Assembly: GCA_013239625.1 (NCBI GenBank)
Contig: MU054323.1
Coordinates: 7,615,220 to 7,679,219, forward strand
Length of the DNA stretch: 64,000 nucleotides
Direction: 5' to 3'
Origin: Lama guanicoe
Lineage: Eukaryota
Position 1 is the stretch's first letter. Each line of letters starts with the position of its first letter. Of this stretch, positions 41,020 to 54,930 are shown piece after piece. A program made the position numbers and the translations under genes. The notes below the pieces were generated by a model. That model made no database searches. It saw only the letters and a program-made list of their open reading frames with translations, and was not told the DNA's origin.

Positions 41020-42530
41020 GATAATAGTAGAAAATAATAACCCACAGAATACGAGAAGAATCTGTGAGTTCATACTGATATAAATAAATAAACAAATCTA
41101 TGAATGGGGGAGAATTCCTTGCAGTAGAATTCCAACTAACAAATAAAGAAGGAATAAGAGTCAGAAAATCACCATATGTGGCAACCACATTGCAGGCAAG
41201 TACTATCAATGGAAGCTATGGTGGATATACTCTAAAATGACCCCTAATTATACCCACTGCCCGGTACCCACACCCCGGTAATCCCCTCCCCTTGAAAGTG
41301 GGTGGGACCTGTCACTTGCTTCTAACCAATAGAAAACAGCAGAGGGGGTGAGACAGTGACTACATTACAGTAGTCTGCGGTATCCTTGGGAGGTGACTCT
41401 CCCTTGCTAGCTCAGAGGAAGCATACAGGTTGGGGAGGCCTTAGTGGCAAAGAACTCAGCACAGCCTGTAGCCAACAACAAGCTGAGGACTGAGGCACCT
41501 CAGTTTGATAAACCCCAAGGATCTGAATCCCACTAACAACCATGTAGCTTAGAAGTGGTTCCTTCTCCAGTTAAGCCCGCTGATAAGAATCCAGCCCTGG
41601 TCCACACCTTGGTTGCAGCCTTGTAGAGGGCCCAGTAAAGCCATGCCCAGAGCAGAAACAGATAATAAATGTGTATTGTTTTAGGTTGCTAAATCTGTGG
41701 TAATATTATTAAGCAGCAACAGATAACTAACAACGAGATGCTAAAACTAGTGAGCAAAGATATAATGAGAAACAAGATATTTACATGATCTTAAAGTATC
41801 TCCCTCCACACACAAGATGTCCATTAATTACAAAAGGGAAAAAAATTATACCTTTAGAGTGGAGAAACTTGGCAGACATCACACAAACTAAGGGATCAAA
41901 AGTAATCAACACCAATAACAGAATGAACTGAAATCACATGCTTCTTGATATGATGTAATGAAAATGACATACCACTTCTGTAACATTCCTGCCAAAAATG
42001 CACAACATGAATCTAATCATGTGTAAACATCAGACATATCCAAACTGAGGGACAGTTGACAAAATACCTGGCCTAAACTCTTTAAAAATGCCAAGATCAT
42101 GAAAGACAAACTGTAAAGAATGTTTCCATATTAAAAGAGACTATAAAGATACATGAAAACTAAATGCAAATGTAAATGCAATGTGTGATCCTGGATTGGG
42201 ACATCAGAAGAATTACCAAATTTAAATAGTCTGATTAGATAGTAGTATTATATTAATATCATGATTTTGATAATTACATTGTGGTTGTGTAAAAGAATAT
42301 ACTTGCCTTTAGAAAGTATACTCGTGTTTAAACATGAATAGGGCATCATGTCTACAATTTATTCTGCTATTTCAGAAACACAAACTAGATAGATAGAATA
42401 ATGAAGAAAGTATATAAAATGTTAACATTTGTGGAATCTAGGTAAAAGTTACATAGGATTTACTTGTACTACTTTTGCAACTTTTCTTAAAGTTTGAAAT
42501 TAATAAGTAAAATAAAATTAAAAGCTAAAA
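41020..42530 (+). mobile_element. L1MC-like 3' UTR interrupted by an MLT1 LTR
   Basis: gtgagttcatactgatataaataaat ... ggagaaacttggcagacat ... aatctaatcatg ... aaatgcaatgtgtgatcctggattgg ... tacttttgcaacttttc. Confidence 0.75.
41217..41735 (+). mobile_element. MaLR solo LTR (MLT1E/F-like)
   Basis: taatcccctccccttgaaagtgggtgggacctgtcacttgcttctaaccaataga ... ctaaatctgtggtaattattaagcagcaacagataactaa; approximate TSD gaagc/gatgc. Confidence 0.8.
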
Positions 42531-43871
42531 AATGCATTGTATATGAGAAAAGTCTATGAAAATAATATTGGACTAATGAAAAAGTATGAAGTGCTTATAA
42601 ATGCTACAATATGGATTAACCTCAAAAGACTACATATCATATGATTCCATTTATATGAAATGTCCAGAAATGGCCAACTATAGAGACAAAAAGTAGAATA
42701 GACGCTGGCAGTGGGAACTAGCATTAACTGTATATAGGTATGAGAAATGTCACTTGGGATTATAGTGTAAGTTGCACAACTCAGTAAATTTACTAAATAT
42801 CACTGAATTATACAGTTAAAATGGGTGGAATTTATGGTATGTATGTTATATTTCGATTTTTAAAAAGACAATGTGGGAAAGAAGCTAACTTGGTTTCTCA
42901 TTAACAGCATGGTGGTTAAGTGCTGGTGATATAAAAAAGGAAGTGGAAGTTTCCCTAAGTACACATTCTTACACTTTAATGTAAAAAATAAATGAGTACA
43001 GCCAAATGATATGATCTCTTTATTTCCTAGAGCATGCACACACACTCTAGTATCATTTAATTTATGATTAATTAACATTTCCCTTCTACCAGAGAGATGA
43101 AGCAACTTGGTACAAATTTTAAATGCACAGTAACATAAAAAATTTAGCCACATTTGCAATTTTGCTATCAAGAACTGAACAAAATCAGAAACTTCGGTTT
43201 AGAACTTATGTCTCCTAATTTGTCAGTGAACAATCCTCCTGGATTACGAGAATATGTTCAACTATAAATGCAGTAGCACTTGCAGCAAAATGTTCATTCT
43301 AAATGTTTTATGATTTCATACACTTTTTAAAAAAACAAGATATCTCTTCTAAAAATTAAGTGATAACTTTTCTCATAATTAATCATGCCAAATTTCTCCA
43401 CTGAAAGTCTAGACATGTTCACTATTGTTTTCTTTCATTTTTGGTTTCTTTCTGGAGCTGCAAGATACAAAATAAAAATGTAAGTGATGTCTACAATAGT
43501 GTTCATAAATATACAAGGCCTATCAACTCTCAGTAAAAATCTTTAGCTTGCTTTATCTTGTGCATAGCCCTCCTTATTCTTAAAGAATTTACTCACTTGT
43601 TATTATACTAATTCTGTATCATCACATTGTAAGCAGAAATTTTTTAAAAATTCACACTCGTATTCTTCTACAACCTTCTATCTCTGTCTAGCTTTTAAAT
43701 TTAACAGGGTAAAATAAACATTTACTACCTTCTACAAAAATTTAAAGAAGTACCTCTGCTCATCCCCTCTGCTTTAGGCAAATGTTCTATTATTTCCTAC
43801 TAATAAAATAAGATGGCTGTTTTCCATCATAGATAAAAATGTATCCTACTCAAATAACAACGAAATCCTAC

Positions 43872-44430
43872 TTTACTGTGGTAAAATATAGATAACATAA
43901 AATTTATCATCTCAATAACTTCAAAGTGTACAGTTAACTTTCACTCAAGTACATGCACATTGTTACACACCCAACTCCAGGACTCCTCTCACCTTGCAAA
44001 ACTGAAACTGTACATCCATTAAACAATTCGCCATTTCCCCCTACACTAGCTGCTGGCAACCACCCTTCTACTTTCTGTCTCTATAAATCTGACTTATACT
44101 CCAGGTCTCTCATATAAATGAAATCATACAATATTGGTCCTCATGTCTGGTTTATTTCACTGAGTATAATGTCTTTGAAGTTTATCCATTTTGTACCATA
44201 TGTCAGAATTTCCTTCTTTTTTAAGGGTAAAAAATATTTCATTGAATGTATATGCCACATTTTGTTTATCCATTCATCTGTCAATGAACATTGGGTTGTT
44301 TCCAACTTTTGCCTATAGTGAATAATGCTGTTATGAACATCGGTATAAAAGCATCTATTCAAGTCCTTGCTTTTGATTCTTTTGTGTATATACCCAGGAG
44401 TGGAATTACTGAGCCACATAATCATTCTTT
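43872..44430 (-). mobile_element. L1MB-like 3' end
   Basis: ORF 44141..44425 (DEWINKMWHIHSMKY) is L1 ORF2 C-terminus-like; typical 3' UTR text. Confidence 0.87.
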
Positions 44431-46999
44431 ACCTTATTCTTATTTTACGTAACCATTTCTCAGGTGCAAACACCTACACACAAGAATCAGATAAAATTCA
44501 CAGGGTGACATGGTCATCTAGTCCACTTACCTACAGATGCTTGTATCTCCTCCTAGAGGATCATAAATAGGGAGTCATCCAGTCTTTTGCACAAGCACAT
44601 AATGTGGTAAAGATTTACTACATCCTCAAGCATTTCCAATTATTCATAAATTCTTCCTTAAGCTAAACCAAGTATCTTCCTCTAACTCCATTTATTAGTC
44701 CTGATTTCATGCTATATCAGTGCCAATCATGGTGGAAAAATCTGGGAGTATCTTTTCTTTTCTCTTGGTGATTTTCTGTACTGTCTGCATTTACCAAAAT
44801 GTCCTTGCAATAAACTATCTTTGTAAGTGGGAAAAAAAGTTTAACACTATTTCTTAATTAATCCATATGACAGCCCTTCAAGTACTTTAAGACTCTTCAA
44901 GAAACCCTAAAGTCTCCTTTTCCAGTTTTCACTGGCATTCCCTCTTGCAACCAGGCTAAAGAAATTTATCATAATAAACTTTTACAATCCATCTTCAAAA
45001 TTCACCAGTGTCCTCCAACATTTATTATCACCAGCTGAAGCCTTTGATAAAGAGCTTTAAGGGACTACAAAGTCTAACTTACTTACTCCTGGAGTTATTC
45101 ACCTTGCAATAGATTACCCCGCCTACTTTAATCCCAATCTCTTGTTCATTTTTCTATACTCCCTCCTACAGAACTGTCTCATCAAAACTAAGCCATAGTC
45201 AGCTTCCCTACCCTTAGCTCAACTATCATACACTTTGTATTTATCCTTCAAAGTTCTATCCCCCTAAACTTCAATAGGATTAAAATAACAGATCAGACTT
45301 TCAAGGCTAAAAGAAATAAAAGCAGAGTTATCTAGTTTCCCAAACAGATGTTTAAATGCCCTATTTCAGGTCAATTTTAAATGTTAAAAGGTAATAATCT
45401 TATAAGAATCGTCCACTCACATGATATACATATATCTACACACACAAACACAGAGTAATCATTATCCACATACAAACTAAAAAAATCAGCATCAAGTAAC
45501 TTTAAAACCAAGAACTGATTTGTAGCATGCTTACCTGACAGAGCACACAAAACAAAATTGATTTCAAAAGCACCCTTATGATGGAAAATAGTGAGTTTAA
45601 AAATCATTAAATTAATAAATAGTCTTGCTAGGTTTTAAAGTCACTGAAAATGTTCTGTATTCTTAGACTCTTTCATTAAAATCTTTTGCTTGTTTTCCCC
45701 TGGTCATATTACCTGCAATTTGTCCAATGAGAAGTTCATTTGGGTTAACAACCAATCTACTTTTAAAAAAGAAATAACATAAATGTAGTTTTTAAACTTA
45801 AAAAGTAGCCTCTGACCCATCCATATTTCAGTAAATTAGTTTCTTCAAACTATTTTCCTCCCCAAACATAGCATAAAACAAATGGGAACAAAGCCACTAG
45901 AGAGGATAAAAGGGTACACAAGAAAAAATTTTAAACAGGCATTCTTGGAGAAGGAGGCCCACCTTGGGACCACAGAGAGAAGTCTGGATTAACAGAATAG
46001 CATAGAGAGGGAGGTCATAGAAATTAAAAAAAGATTCTTCAGAAATTGTGCTCATATACTCTTTCTATCCTTTTAACACTTCATATAAATCATCATTTTC
46101 CTTATTTTTCTATTATTGTCTTTTTTCCATTATTTTTTTAAAGCATTGTTTGTCCACTACCAGTAAGATGTGAGCAAAATCTTTTCAAAAGGAGAGGGGG
46201 GGAAAAAGAACCCAGTGATTCTATGCGTTATTTTAAAGTAAATATGTGGAACATAAAGTACTTGGACCCCTGTCTAGTCCACAGCCATTTCCACTATTGG
46301 TTCCCTACAGCATGCTGCTTTTCAATCTTATGAGAAGTAAGTAAGAAAAAAGTAGACTTTAAGACTTTAAGACAGACATAGTGCTCCTTTGAAAGGTGAC
46401 TCTGTAACTACTGCATATAAAGAAATATCAACTGCCTTTATTTTGGCTAATCAGTATGTTAATGTTTCTTAACTGTCTGGGCCAAGTTCCTAAACAGCAT
46501 GTATCTCTGAACTAAAGAGGTATACAGTGCTGCAGTGAGGACATATTATTTGAGGTAAAAGAAGAATTGGTGAGGAAAACAGGAGCTGAAGATAAAATAC
46601 TTGTCAATGTTAGCTATGGAAATAGTTCTGAAAGAAATGAGCTGGGGAGAAAATAAAATTTAACAGGTTTGATTAAGTACATCAAATAATATGAATTTGT
46701 TGTAATTTTATATCTTTGTCCTTTTTGGTATTTCTTGTTCACTTAGCAATACAGTTTATACATCTAAATAACCAGTTATTTATTACAATTATTTTTTGCT
46801 TTTGAACAAGAGCTGTCAGTCTTGACCCAGCCATTTATGTCGAGATTCAGAGTTTTGAAGCAGTCAATTGATCCGTGAATTTTACCAATTTCTGGCATTT
46901 TTCCAACTTACAGAAATAACTTAAGAGTTGTGGTAAAGTTTATATAATTAAATGGCTTTGACTTCAAGTATCTTCCCTTAAGTCTTAAAAATAAAGACT

Positions 47000-49700
47000 G
47001 AAATCTAGGAGGCAAGGTGACACCAGGAGGTGGGATCAGACCACAAGAAGCAGCCCAGTCCAGGAAATTTCTTCACCCTCATGGGCCTGGGACTACTCGT
47101 TCTCTCCCCTGAGATGCTAAGCAGCCCAGTGGTGCTAGCAGCCGGGGGTGTGGAGAGGTGTCCCATCACAAGCATCTGGCACAGGAAGCCTCTCTGTCCC
47201 CATAAGTGGGAGACTCCCTTTTCCCTACATCTAGAGGCATCGGGCAGCCTGGTCTGTGGAAACCCCTTCCATCTTCTCAGAAAGCAGCAGCAGAGATCGT
47301 TGGGAGCCTCTGTGCCACCAGATAAAACAAGAAAACTAAAATAACACAGCAAAGGCTTTGAAAATTAAATGTTATTGAACCACAGTCCACCAAAGAAATC
47401 CAGGACTTAACATAGTAAACCCAAGCAGTGTGAACGCCTGTTTAGATAAAATATTTAAATTTAATAGCACCCAACTTCTAACATAATAGCTAAAATATCC
47501 AGTATTCAATAGAAGAATCACCCTTCATACCCAAACACCAGGAAAATCACAACCTGAATGAGAAAAGACAATCTACTGACACCAACACTGCAACAGATGT
47601 TCAAATTACAAGGTTTTTATAAAAGCTGTCATAAAATGCTTCAATAAACACTTATAAATTGTCTTGAAACAAATGAAAATACAGCAAATATCAGCAAGGA
47701 AATTGAAGTGAGGAAAAGAAGTGAATAGAAGATACAGAACTGAGAAGTACAGCAAGAAACGTAAAAATTTTCTAGACGGGCTCAACAGTAGAATGGAGAT
47801 GACAGTGAATACAATCAATGACCTTAATGACAGATCAATAAAATTTACCCACTGTGAACAACAGGGAGAATATAACAACAAAAAAATTTAACTGACCCTC
47901 AGGGAGTTGTGGGATGAAACAAAAGATTCAAAGTTCGTATCATTAGAGTCACAAAAGGAAAGGAGAAGAAGAGTATTCAAAGAATTAACGGCTGAAAAAC
48001 TCTTATTTGGTGAAAAATAAACCTACATACACAAGAAACTCAGTGAATCTAATAAATAAGATAAAATTAAAGAAGTCCAGCACCAAGACAAATCATAATT
48101 AAATTTCTAAACAGCAAATTTTTTTAAAGTCCTGAAAGTGGTCAGAGAGAAACAACACATTACCCACAGGGAAACACTAATTCAAATGACAGCAGATTTC
48201 TCATCTGAAACCACAGAGATCAGAAGGAAGTGGCACAACGTCTTGCAAGTGCTGATCAAAATCAACTGTCAATTGTAAATTCTATATCTGATGAAATCTC
48301 TCCAGAAACAAAGGAGAAATAAAGACAGTCTCAGACAAAGTAAAACTAAACTAAAGGAATGTGTTGCTAACAGAACCTACTCAAAGAATGACTAAAGGAA
48401 GTTCTTCAAACAGAAAGGAAATGATAAAAGAAAGAATACCAGAGCATCAAGAAGAAAACAGAAGGAGCAGGAATATGGGTACATACAACAGACTATCCTC
48501 TTCTCATGAGTTTTTAAACTTAGATTTGATGACTGGAACAAAAAATTATAATACCATCTGATAAGAACTTAAATGGAATAATGAAGTTCCCACACTTCAC
48601 TCAAGGTGGTAAAATGCTGATACCAGTAGACTGTGATAAAGAAAACTATGTACAGATACAAAAAAATGCACTATAAATAAACCCATATGGAATTCATAGG
48701 AAGGCAAGAAAAGAGAAACAGAGGAAACAAAACAAATAATAAAATGGAAGACACAAACTCCAACATATCAATAATTACTTAAAGGGTAAATGGTGTAAAT
48801 ACATAAATTAAAAGGCAAAGACTGGCAGAGTGAATTAAAACATACACACACACAGCTATATGCTCTTTATAAGAAATTAATTTCAAATTAAGAGAAACTA
48901 GATCACTCGTATATTATTGGTGGGACTATAAATAAAACGGTACAATCACCTGGAAAATAGTGTGGAAGTTTCTTTAAAACTAAACATGCACCTATCACTC
49001 ACCAACCACTCTTCTGGGCATTTATCCCAGACAAAGGAAAATGTATGTCTACATAAAAACATGTACACAAATTTTCATAGAAACTTTACTTGTAATAGCC
49101 CAAAACCGGAAACAATCCAGATGACCTTCAGTGGGTGAATGATATGTCCGTGAGTGGGGTATATCTGTGTTGTAAAATACTACTTAGCAATAAAAAGGAG
49201 TGAAATACTGACACATACAAGCACTTAGACCACTCTACAGGGAATTACATTGAAAAAAAAAGCCAATCCCGAATGGTTACACACTGTACATGATTGCATC
49301 AACATAAATTCTTGAAATGACATAATTACAGAAATGTAGAACAGATTAGTGGTTTCCAGGGATGAGGGGAATGAGAAAAGGTGGCACTACAGAGTTAGGT
49401 GTGACTATGAAATGGCAATACAAGGGATCTTCTTGTTGATGGAACTGTTCTGTTTTGACTGTGGTAGTAGACATATGAATCTATACGTGTGGATAAAACT
49501 GCACAGAGCCAAATACACCTCCACACATGCACATACTTACACACACACAAATGAATACAAGTAAAACCAGGCAGATTGTATCAAAAGCAATATTCTGGTT
49601 GTGATACTGTCCTGTGGTACTGCACAATGTTACCTTTGGGAGAATACACAAAGGGTTATTTCTTACAACTGCTTGTGGCTTATGTTTTTCTGTTGTACTC
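47000..49700 (+). mobile_element. Old L1 (5' region, ORF1 remnant, start of ORF2) followed by an L1 3'-end segment (about 48900-49700)
   Basis: gggctcaacagtagaatggagatgacag, aatgacagcagatttctcatctgaaacc, ctgggcatttatcccaga; no intact ORF. Confidence 0.75.
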
Positions 49701-50964
49701 GTATCTTCTACAGTAAGCAATGTAGTGGACATCTGCAGTTTCCGCCTGGTCAATATATAATCTTTCTTCCTCTGGAAAGAATGTGCAATCTTGCTATGGG
49801 GAACTATGCCTTACTCCACTGAAAACAGTCTTTGTAGGACTGTCCATCAAGATGTCTCACCATCTCTGGACAATGGGCCACCCAAATTCACTCTTTCTTG
49901 AATTTTAACCTTGAGCAGTATAGACATAGACTAATTCATCTCAGCTGGAATGCCCTGATGAGCCCACCCATTAGTTCAAGTGATCCAATCTCTGCAGCTG
50001 CCATAGTTCTCTTAATTTCAGAGCCTGTTTCCTTCCTTTGAGCCTGTGAGCTATCCCACATTCTTCAAATAAATCTCATTTTGCTTAAGTTATTCACATT
50101 TGGTTTCTATTATTCATACCTAAAGAAACTAATTAAATATAAACCCACCTCAAAAATATTTTTTCTTACCCAGTTTATAATTTTTTAAATGACAGTTTTA
50201 ACTGTTTGTACAACCTGAATTAAGGTTTCCTCCATAAACTGATAGTCGAAAAAATGAATAGGTTCTTGTAAATGAACTTAATGGATGTAAATTTAACTGG
50301 AGTTAAAAAGATTTATTAAGCTCTAACTAGAAAGAAGCCAAGCATGTCCAAGTGAAATGAAAACACATGCATATGGTTCCTACTGTCAAGTCTGACAGGC
50401 AAATGAGATAATAATAATAAGCGATTATAATATAATATGGAAAGTATTTAACAGAATTATGTCTAAAATGTTATGTCAACACAGACAAAAGGCCAATTTG
50501 GTAAAGACCATGAATTTTAACCTGTTCTGGGCCTGGTTTTAAATAAATGACATTCCCTTCAAGGGTTTACCAATATTCTCTATAAATCAGTAAGAGCATA
50601 AATATATACATTTTCTATCTTATAGCCACACAGGAAGTATTAGTTCACGCATTTCCAATCTCTACATTATTTTCATTACTAATCTGCTGAATACTAGGTA
50701 TCCCAATGTTAGTAAGTCAAAATGATTTTAATAAAACTAAATGTAGACTGGGTTTCTAAAAGTATGACCAAACAATGATTATTATAAACTGCAAGAACAA
50801 AAAAAAGGTACATATAAACATTTACATAGTAATATTAATCTTAATTAAGTTTTTAGACTAATTAGTTTTATAAAGTAAAAATCATGCATCCAAAGGTAAG
50901 TTCAATTAAACTTGTAAAAGAATGCTTTATAAATGTATAATACTTCTTGAGAATAAATTCTTAC

Positions 50965-50967
50965 CTT
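50965..50967 (-). CDS. ASXL2: ASXL2 3-nt microexon (exon 3 equivalent), sequence AAG
   Basis: The minus strand reads ttctttttttttccccctcctttcattttcttggggtgcattccaacttcag|AAG|gtaaga. With a phase-2 exon 2 ending in AG, this gives AG+A (Arg) and AG+T (Ser) of KEI-R-S-GTS. ASXL genes are known to have a 3-nt exon 3. Confidence 0.9.
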
Positions 50968-53767
50968 CTGAAGTTGGAATGCACCCCAAGAAAATGAAAG
51001 GAGGGGGAAAAAAAAAGAACTTTTAATTTTTCTTCACAAAGCACAATAAACTCTCCCTTCCCCTCCCACCAATATCCAAAATCTTCAAATTAGTACCCAC
51101 CCTCCACTTTGCTACATAAAACATTAATTTCCTCTTTAGAATTTAAAAGTTGCCCCAAATATCAGTGTCTTAAAATACAACAACTAAACAGTCTAAACCA
51201 CTTCAGATAGCAATTGCCATATCTTAATTATTTGGCAGAGTAAAACTATTACAGTAGCTTAAAGTGTGGATACCATAAATATTCCCCATTCTTTAATATT
51301 CTTCCCATGCATTTCAATTTCAAGGAGCCATCATAAAGCCATCAGCTATAGACTCTAAGGTTCCCTTTGATCCATAATGGAACTCATTATGAAGCTGAAA
51401 AACAACAGATAAGCATACTCTTTTCTGTCAATATCCAAGCATTCTGTGTTGTTTTTTCCTAATTAATTCCTTTTGACACCCCAACAAGGTTTGTGGGCTT
51501 AAAAGCAAACTGTAACTAGCAGATAAAGAAAATGCAGGCCAAATTCAAAGGTATCAGTCAACCTTAGATAAATATGGTATCAATTTAATCTTTCTAGTGA
51601 GAATACCTCAAGGCAATTCAGCCTGGCAAACAGTCAAATGATGTGGTCTATAGGGATGATTTCTGCTGAAAAGCAGTAACAGAATGTTGACTTTAGTTCC
51701 CTTGCTATATACTTTTACTTAAGAAGAGATGAGGGAAAAGTTAGTTAATCAGGTTAGTTTTCGGTATGAGGTGAGCTAAAACATACTTAAATACCATGTG
51801 AGGGAGATTATTCTGTTCATAAGTAAATGCATTTAATACATATACAATCAGGGCTTCTCCAAAGAGGTAAAATTTCAATCTGAGCATGATCTTTGCTAGG
51901 CGGTTCCCAGATCTTTACAACTGCAACTGTAAAGGACCCTGCTTGGGATACAAGACTGAAGCATAAGAAAAACTCCCTACTAGATAACAATTTGAGCTCT
52001 GTAAGACAACAATATAAAGATCTATTTAAATGTTCCATTAGAATAAGTTCATTAAAAATGTACTGGCCCTTCAGAAGCCAAGTTATTATAAAATGGCTGG
52101 GGTTTTTATTTCAAATTCTTCCAGAAAGCAATTTATAGTTAGACAGCACCTAACCTAATGTTGTTACATGTTAGCACATGGTATAAGTTTTATTTGAAAA
52201 ATAATGGAGCAAATATACTAATCAGAAGAGTAGGGAGAACTATAGATGTAGGGCAGTATGTACTGAAAAAAACAGAAGTAAGCAGTAAGCCCGAGTTTCT
52301 ACTTTCACTGAGCAAGTTACACAATCCTGGCCAAGTTTCAACCTCCATGGGCCTTAATTCTTCAATAATAAAATGAGGTATAACTATAATAACCCAATCA
52401 TCGTTTCCAACTATAACATTCTATGACTGAAATAATGTAACTGGTTTGGAAAACAGATTGGGGAAGGATGAGGAATGCAAAAGAGATTACCCATTTGGGG
52501 GTATTATTAATCAGGGGCATAATGTTGTAATAGAACTAAATAAACTTCATTTCTAAGGAATGCACATCCAAGTCATCTGCTTGTCCCCAAATCTGCCATT
52601 ACAACTATATAATTAGCACTTAACTTCTCTTCCAGGTCTTTTTCTGTAAAACACCAATGCTTTTAAATACTGCCTGACTTGTTTCACAGGTGACAAATAA
52701 GTAATGAGCAACCTAATTTAAAAGCTAAGCAGGTATTAGGTATTATTGGAAAACAGATACCTACACTATAGCTCCAGATCATTGCTACCTTTTCATTGCT
52801 GTCCTAACATGTATAACAAAACCATTCCCCATACTTGAATACCCCCCTCACCCCTCATGAGGTTCAGAACATTAATATTCTCCATGAATTCTTTACTCAT
52901 CAACCCTTTTCAATTTCCCAGTTTCTCAGTTCTTCCCTATGGTAAGTGGCAGCTGTTCAATCAGGAAGTCTAGAAAACAATTTTCCACTTCCTCCTCCCT
53001 TACACCTTCAACATCCAATCCATCAGCAAGTCCTGAAACATTATCTCAAATCTGTCTATTCTCTGCAGCCCTGCTTATCTTCACCCTAATCCAAACCACC
53101 ACCATATATTACATAAGGGGCAGCCTCTTTATTACTCTCCTTAATCCCTTCAACTTCTAACTGCTATAATCCATTTTTTATAAATTATATTTATCTAAAA
53201 TATATATCAGACTATATACCATCTCGTAATTATCAGGTATAAATGTGTTTGGGGTAGGTTTATTATTTCCATTTTGGGGACTGATTATACATTTGGAGAG
53301 AGCAATGCTTATTAAACATTTAACCATGCCAATGGATTCACACTGGTCTGCTGTGTTCTAGTCACATCCACTTACTTATTTGGTAGAAAAACCATGCTCC
53401 AATTAAGGAACTAGTCAACAGTGAGGTTCCAAACACCTAGTTATAAGACACCTATGTTAAATGGCCTACACTCAACTATTTGTGATTACCTCCCCTTACC
53501 GTAATTTAAAAATGACTGGAAAGCAACATTTACACCAAAATTTAGAATTCTATTCTAGGTCAATGAAAAACTCAATGATTCTGACTTAAAATTTGTGGGT
53601 TACTCATGAAGTTTCCTAGAATTTAAAGATCAATTCAATTTCAAGATTTAAAACTGACTAGGACTTCTGGTGCTGGTAAAGACAGAGCAGGCCGACAACA
53701 GCATCTCTCTCCCCCTCTCTCTCTGGCTAGTTACAACAAAACACTGTGGTCAAAAATACAGAGCAAC

Positions 53768-54255
53768 TTCCCACACAAAACTTGTACATGAATGGTCATA
53801 GCAACATTATCCACAATAGCCAAAAAGCGGAAACAACCAAATGTCCAACAAAGGATGAATGGGTGAACAAAATGTGCCATTTGGAATACAATTGAATATT
53901 ACTCAGCAATAAAGAAATGAAGTACTGATAAATGCTACAACATGAATGAGCCTTCAAATCATTATAACATGTGAAAGAAGCCAGTCACAAAAGACCACAT
54001 ATTGTATGACTCCATTCCTTGAAATATCCAAAACTGGCAAATCCATGGAGATAGAAAGTACATTAGTGGTTGCCTAGGGCTGGGACATGGGGAAGGTCGT
54101 CGGGGACAAAGAAGGGGAGAGGCAGCTAATGAGTACAGGGTTTCTTCAGGAAGCGATGAAAATGTTTTAGGTGAGAATATCTTTAAAAAAAAACAAAAAA
54201 CACTGAGCTATATGCCCTAAAATGTTGACTTTTAAGACTATGTTCATTTTTTAAA
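53768..54255 (+). mobile_element. L1MB/ME-like 3' end nested in the older L1
   Basis: cacacaaaacttgtacatgaatg ... gaaagaagccagtcacaaaagaccacatattgtatga ... tagtggttgcctagggctggg. Confidence 0.8.
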
Positions 54256-54328
54256 AGCAGCTACTTAAAACACTGAAAATTAAGAAAGCTGGCATATTGG
54301 AAGTCAAAATCTGACTCATATAGAAGTA

Positions 54329-54930
54329 TGTAGTAAAGAGTTTACTTTTACCATAGAAAGTCTGGCCTTGCCCTTGGCTTCTAAGAGATAATCGCTAGGC
54401 CCTATGAGGGTCTTGGACCAGCCAGATAGTAACATTGTAACGGGGAGTGGGGCTTTGAGACACACCAACAATGTGATTTACGTGGGGGCTTGAGTCACAT
54501 GATTATCAGTTGACCACTAGAGAGGCTAGACACTGAAAATTGAATCCTGCCTACATGATGTACCCCCGGTAAAAACTATGGACACCAAGGCTCAAGTGAG
54601 CTTCCTTGGTTGGCTATATTCTGTGCTTACTGTCACATCCTGATGTTGAGAATTAACACTGTCCTAAGTCATGGGGAAAGAATGACTGGGCGCTCTGTGT
54701 TAGGTACTATATCTTGACGCTACCTTATTTGTCTCTTCCCTTGAGTAAACCTTAATCTATATCCTTTCCAAAACCAGGAGTTTAACAGTTTTCAGTGAGT
54801 TATCCAAGTACTTTCAGCAAATTATCAAGCCATGAGAGTAGTCTTAAAAACCCTCAACTATGCAGTTGGTCTAATAAGTGAAGGCAGTCGTGTGGAATCT
54901 ACCCTCTAATTTCAGAGTTGGCTAAACTCT
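54329..54930 (+). mobile_element. ERVL solo LTR (MER21-like)
   Basis: tgtagtaaagagttt ... tctggccttgccc ... ggacaccaaggctcaagtgagcttccttggttggc; family recalled. Confidence 0.7.

Noticed and set aside
44523..44540. Strong isolated donor TAG|gtaagt on the minus strand
   Set aside because: No convincing acceptor at exon distance; isolated donors are frequent in long introns.
47005..47352. GC-richer block with overlapping ORFs of 104 and 115 aa
   Set aside because: It adjoins L1 ORF1 remnants and fits an old L1 5' region; no splice pattern or recognisable protein.
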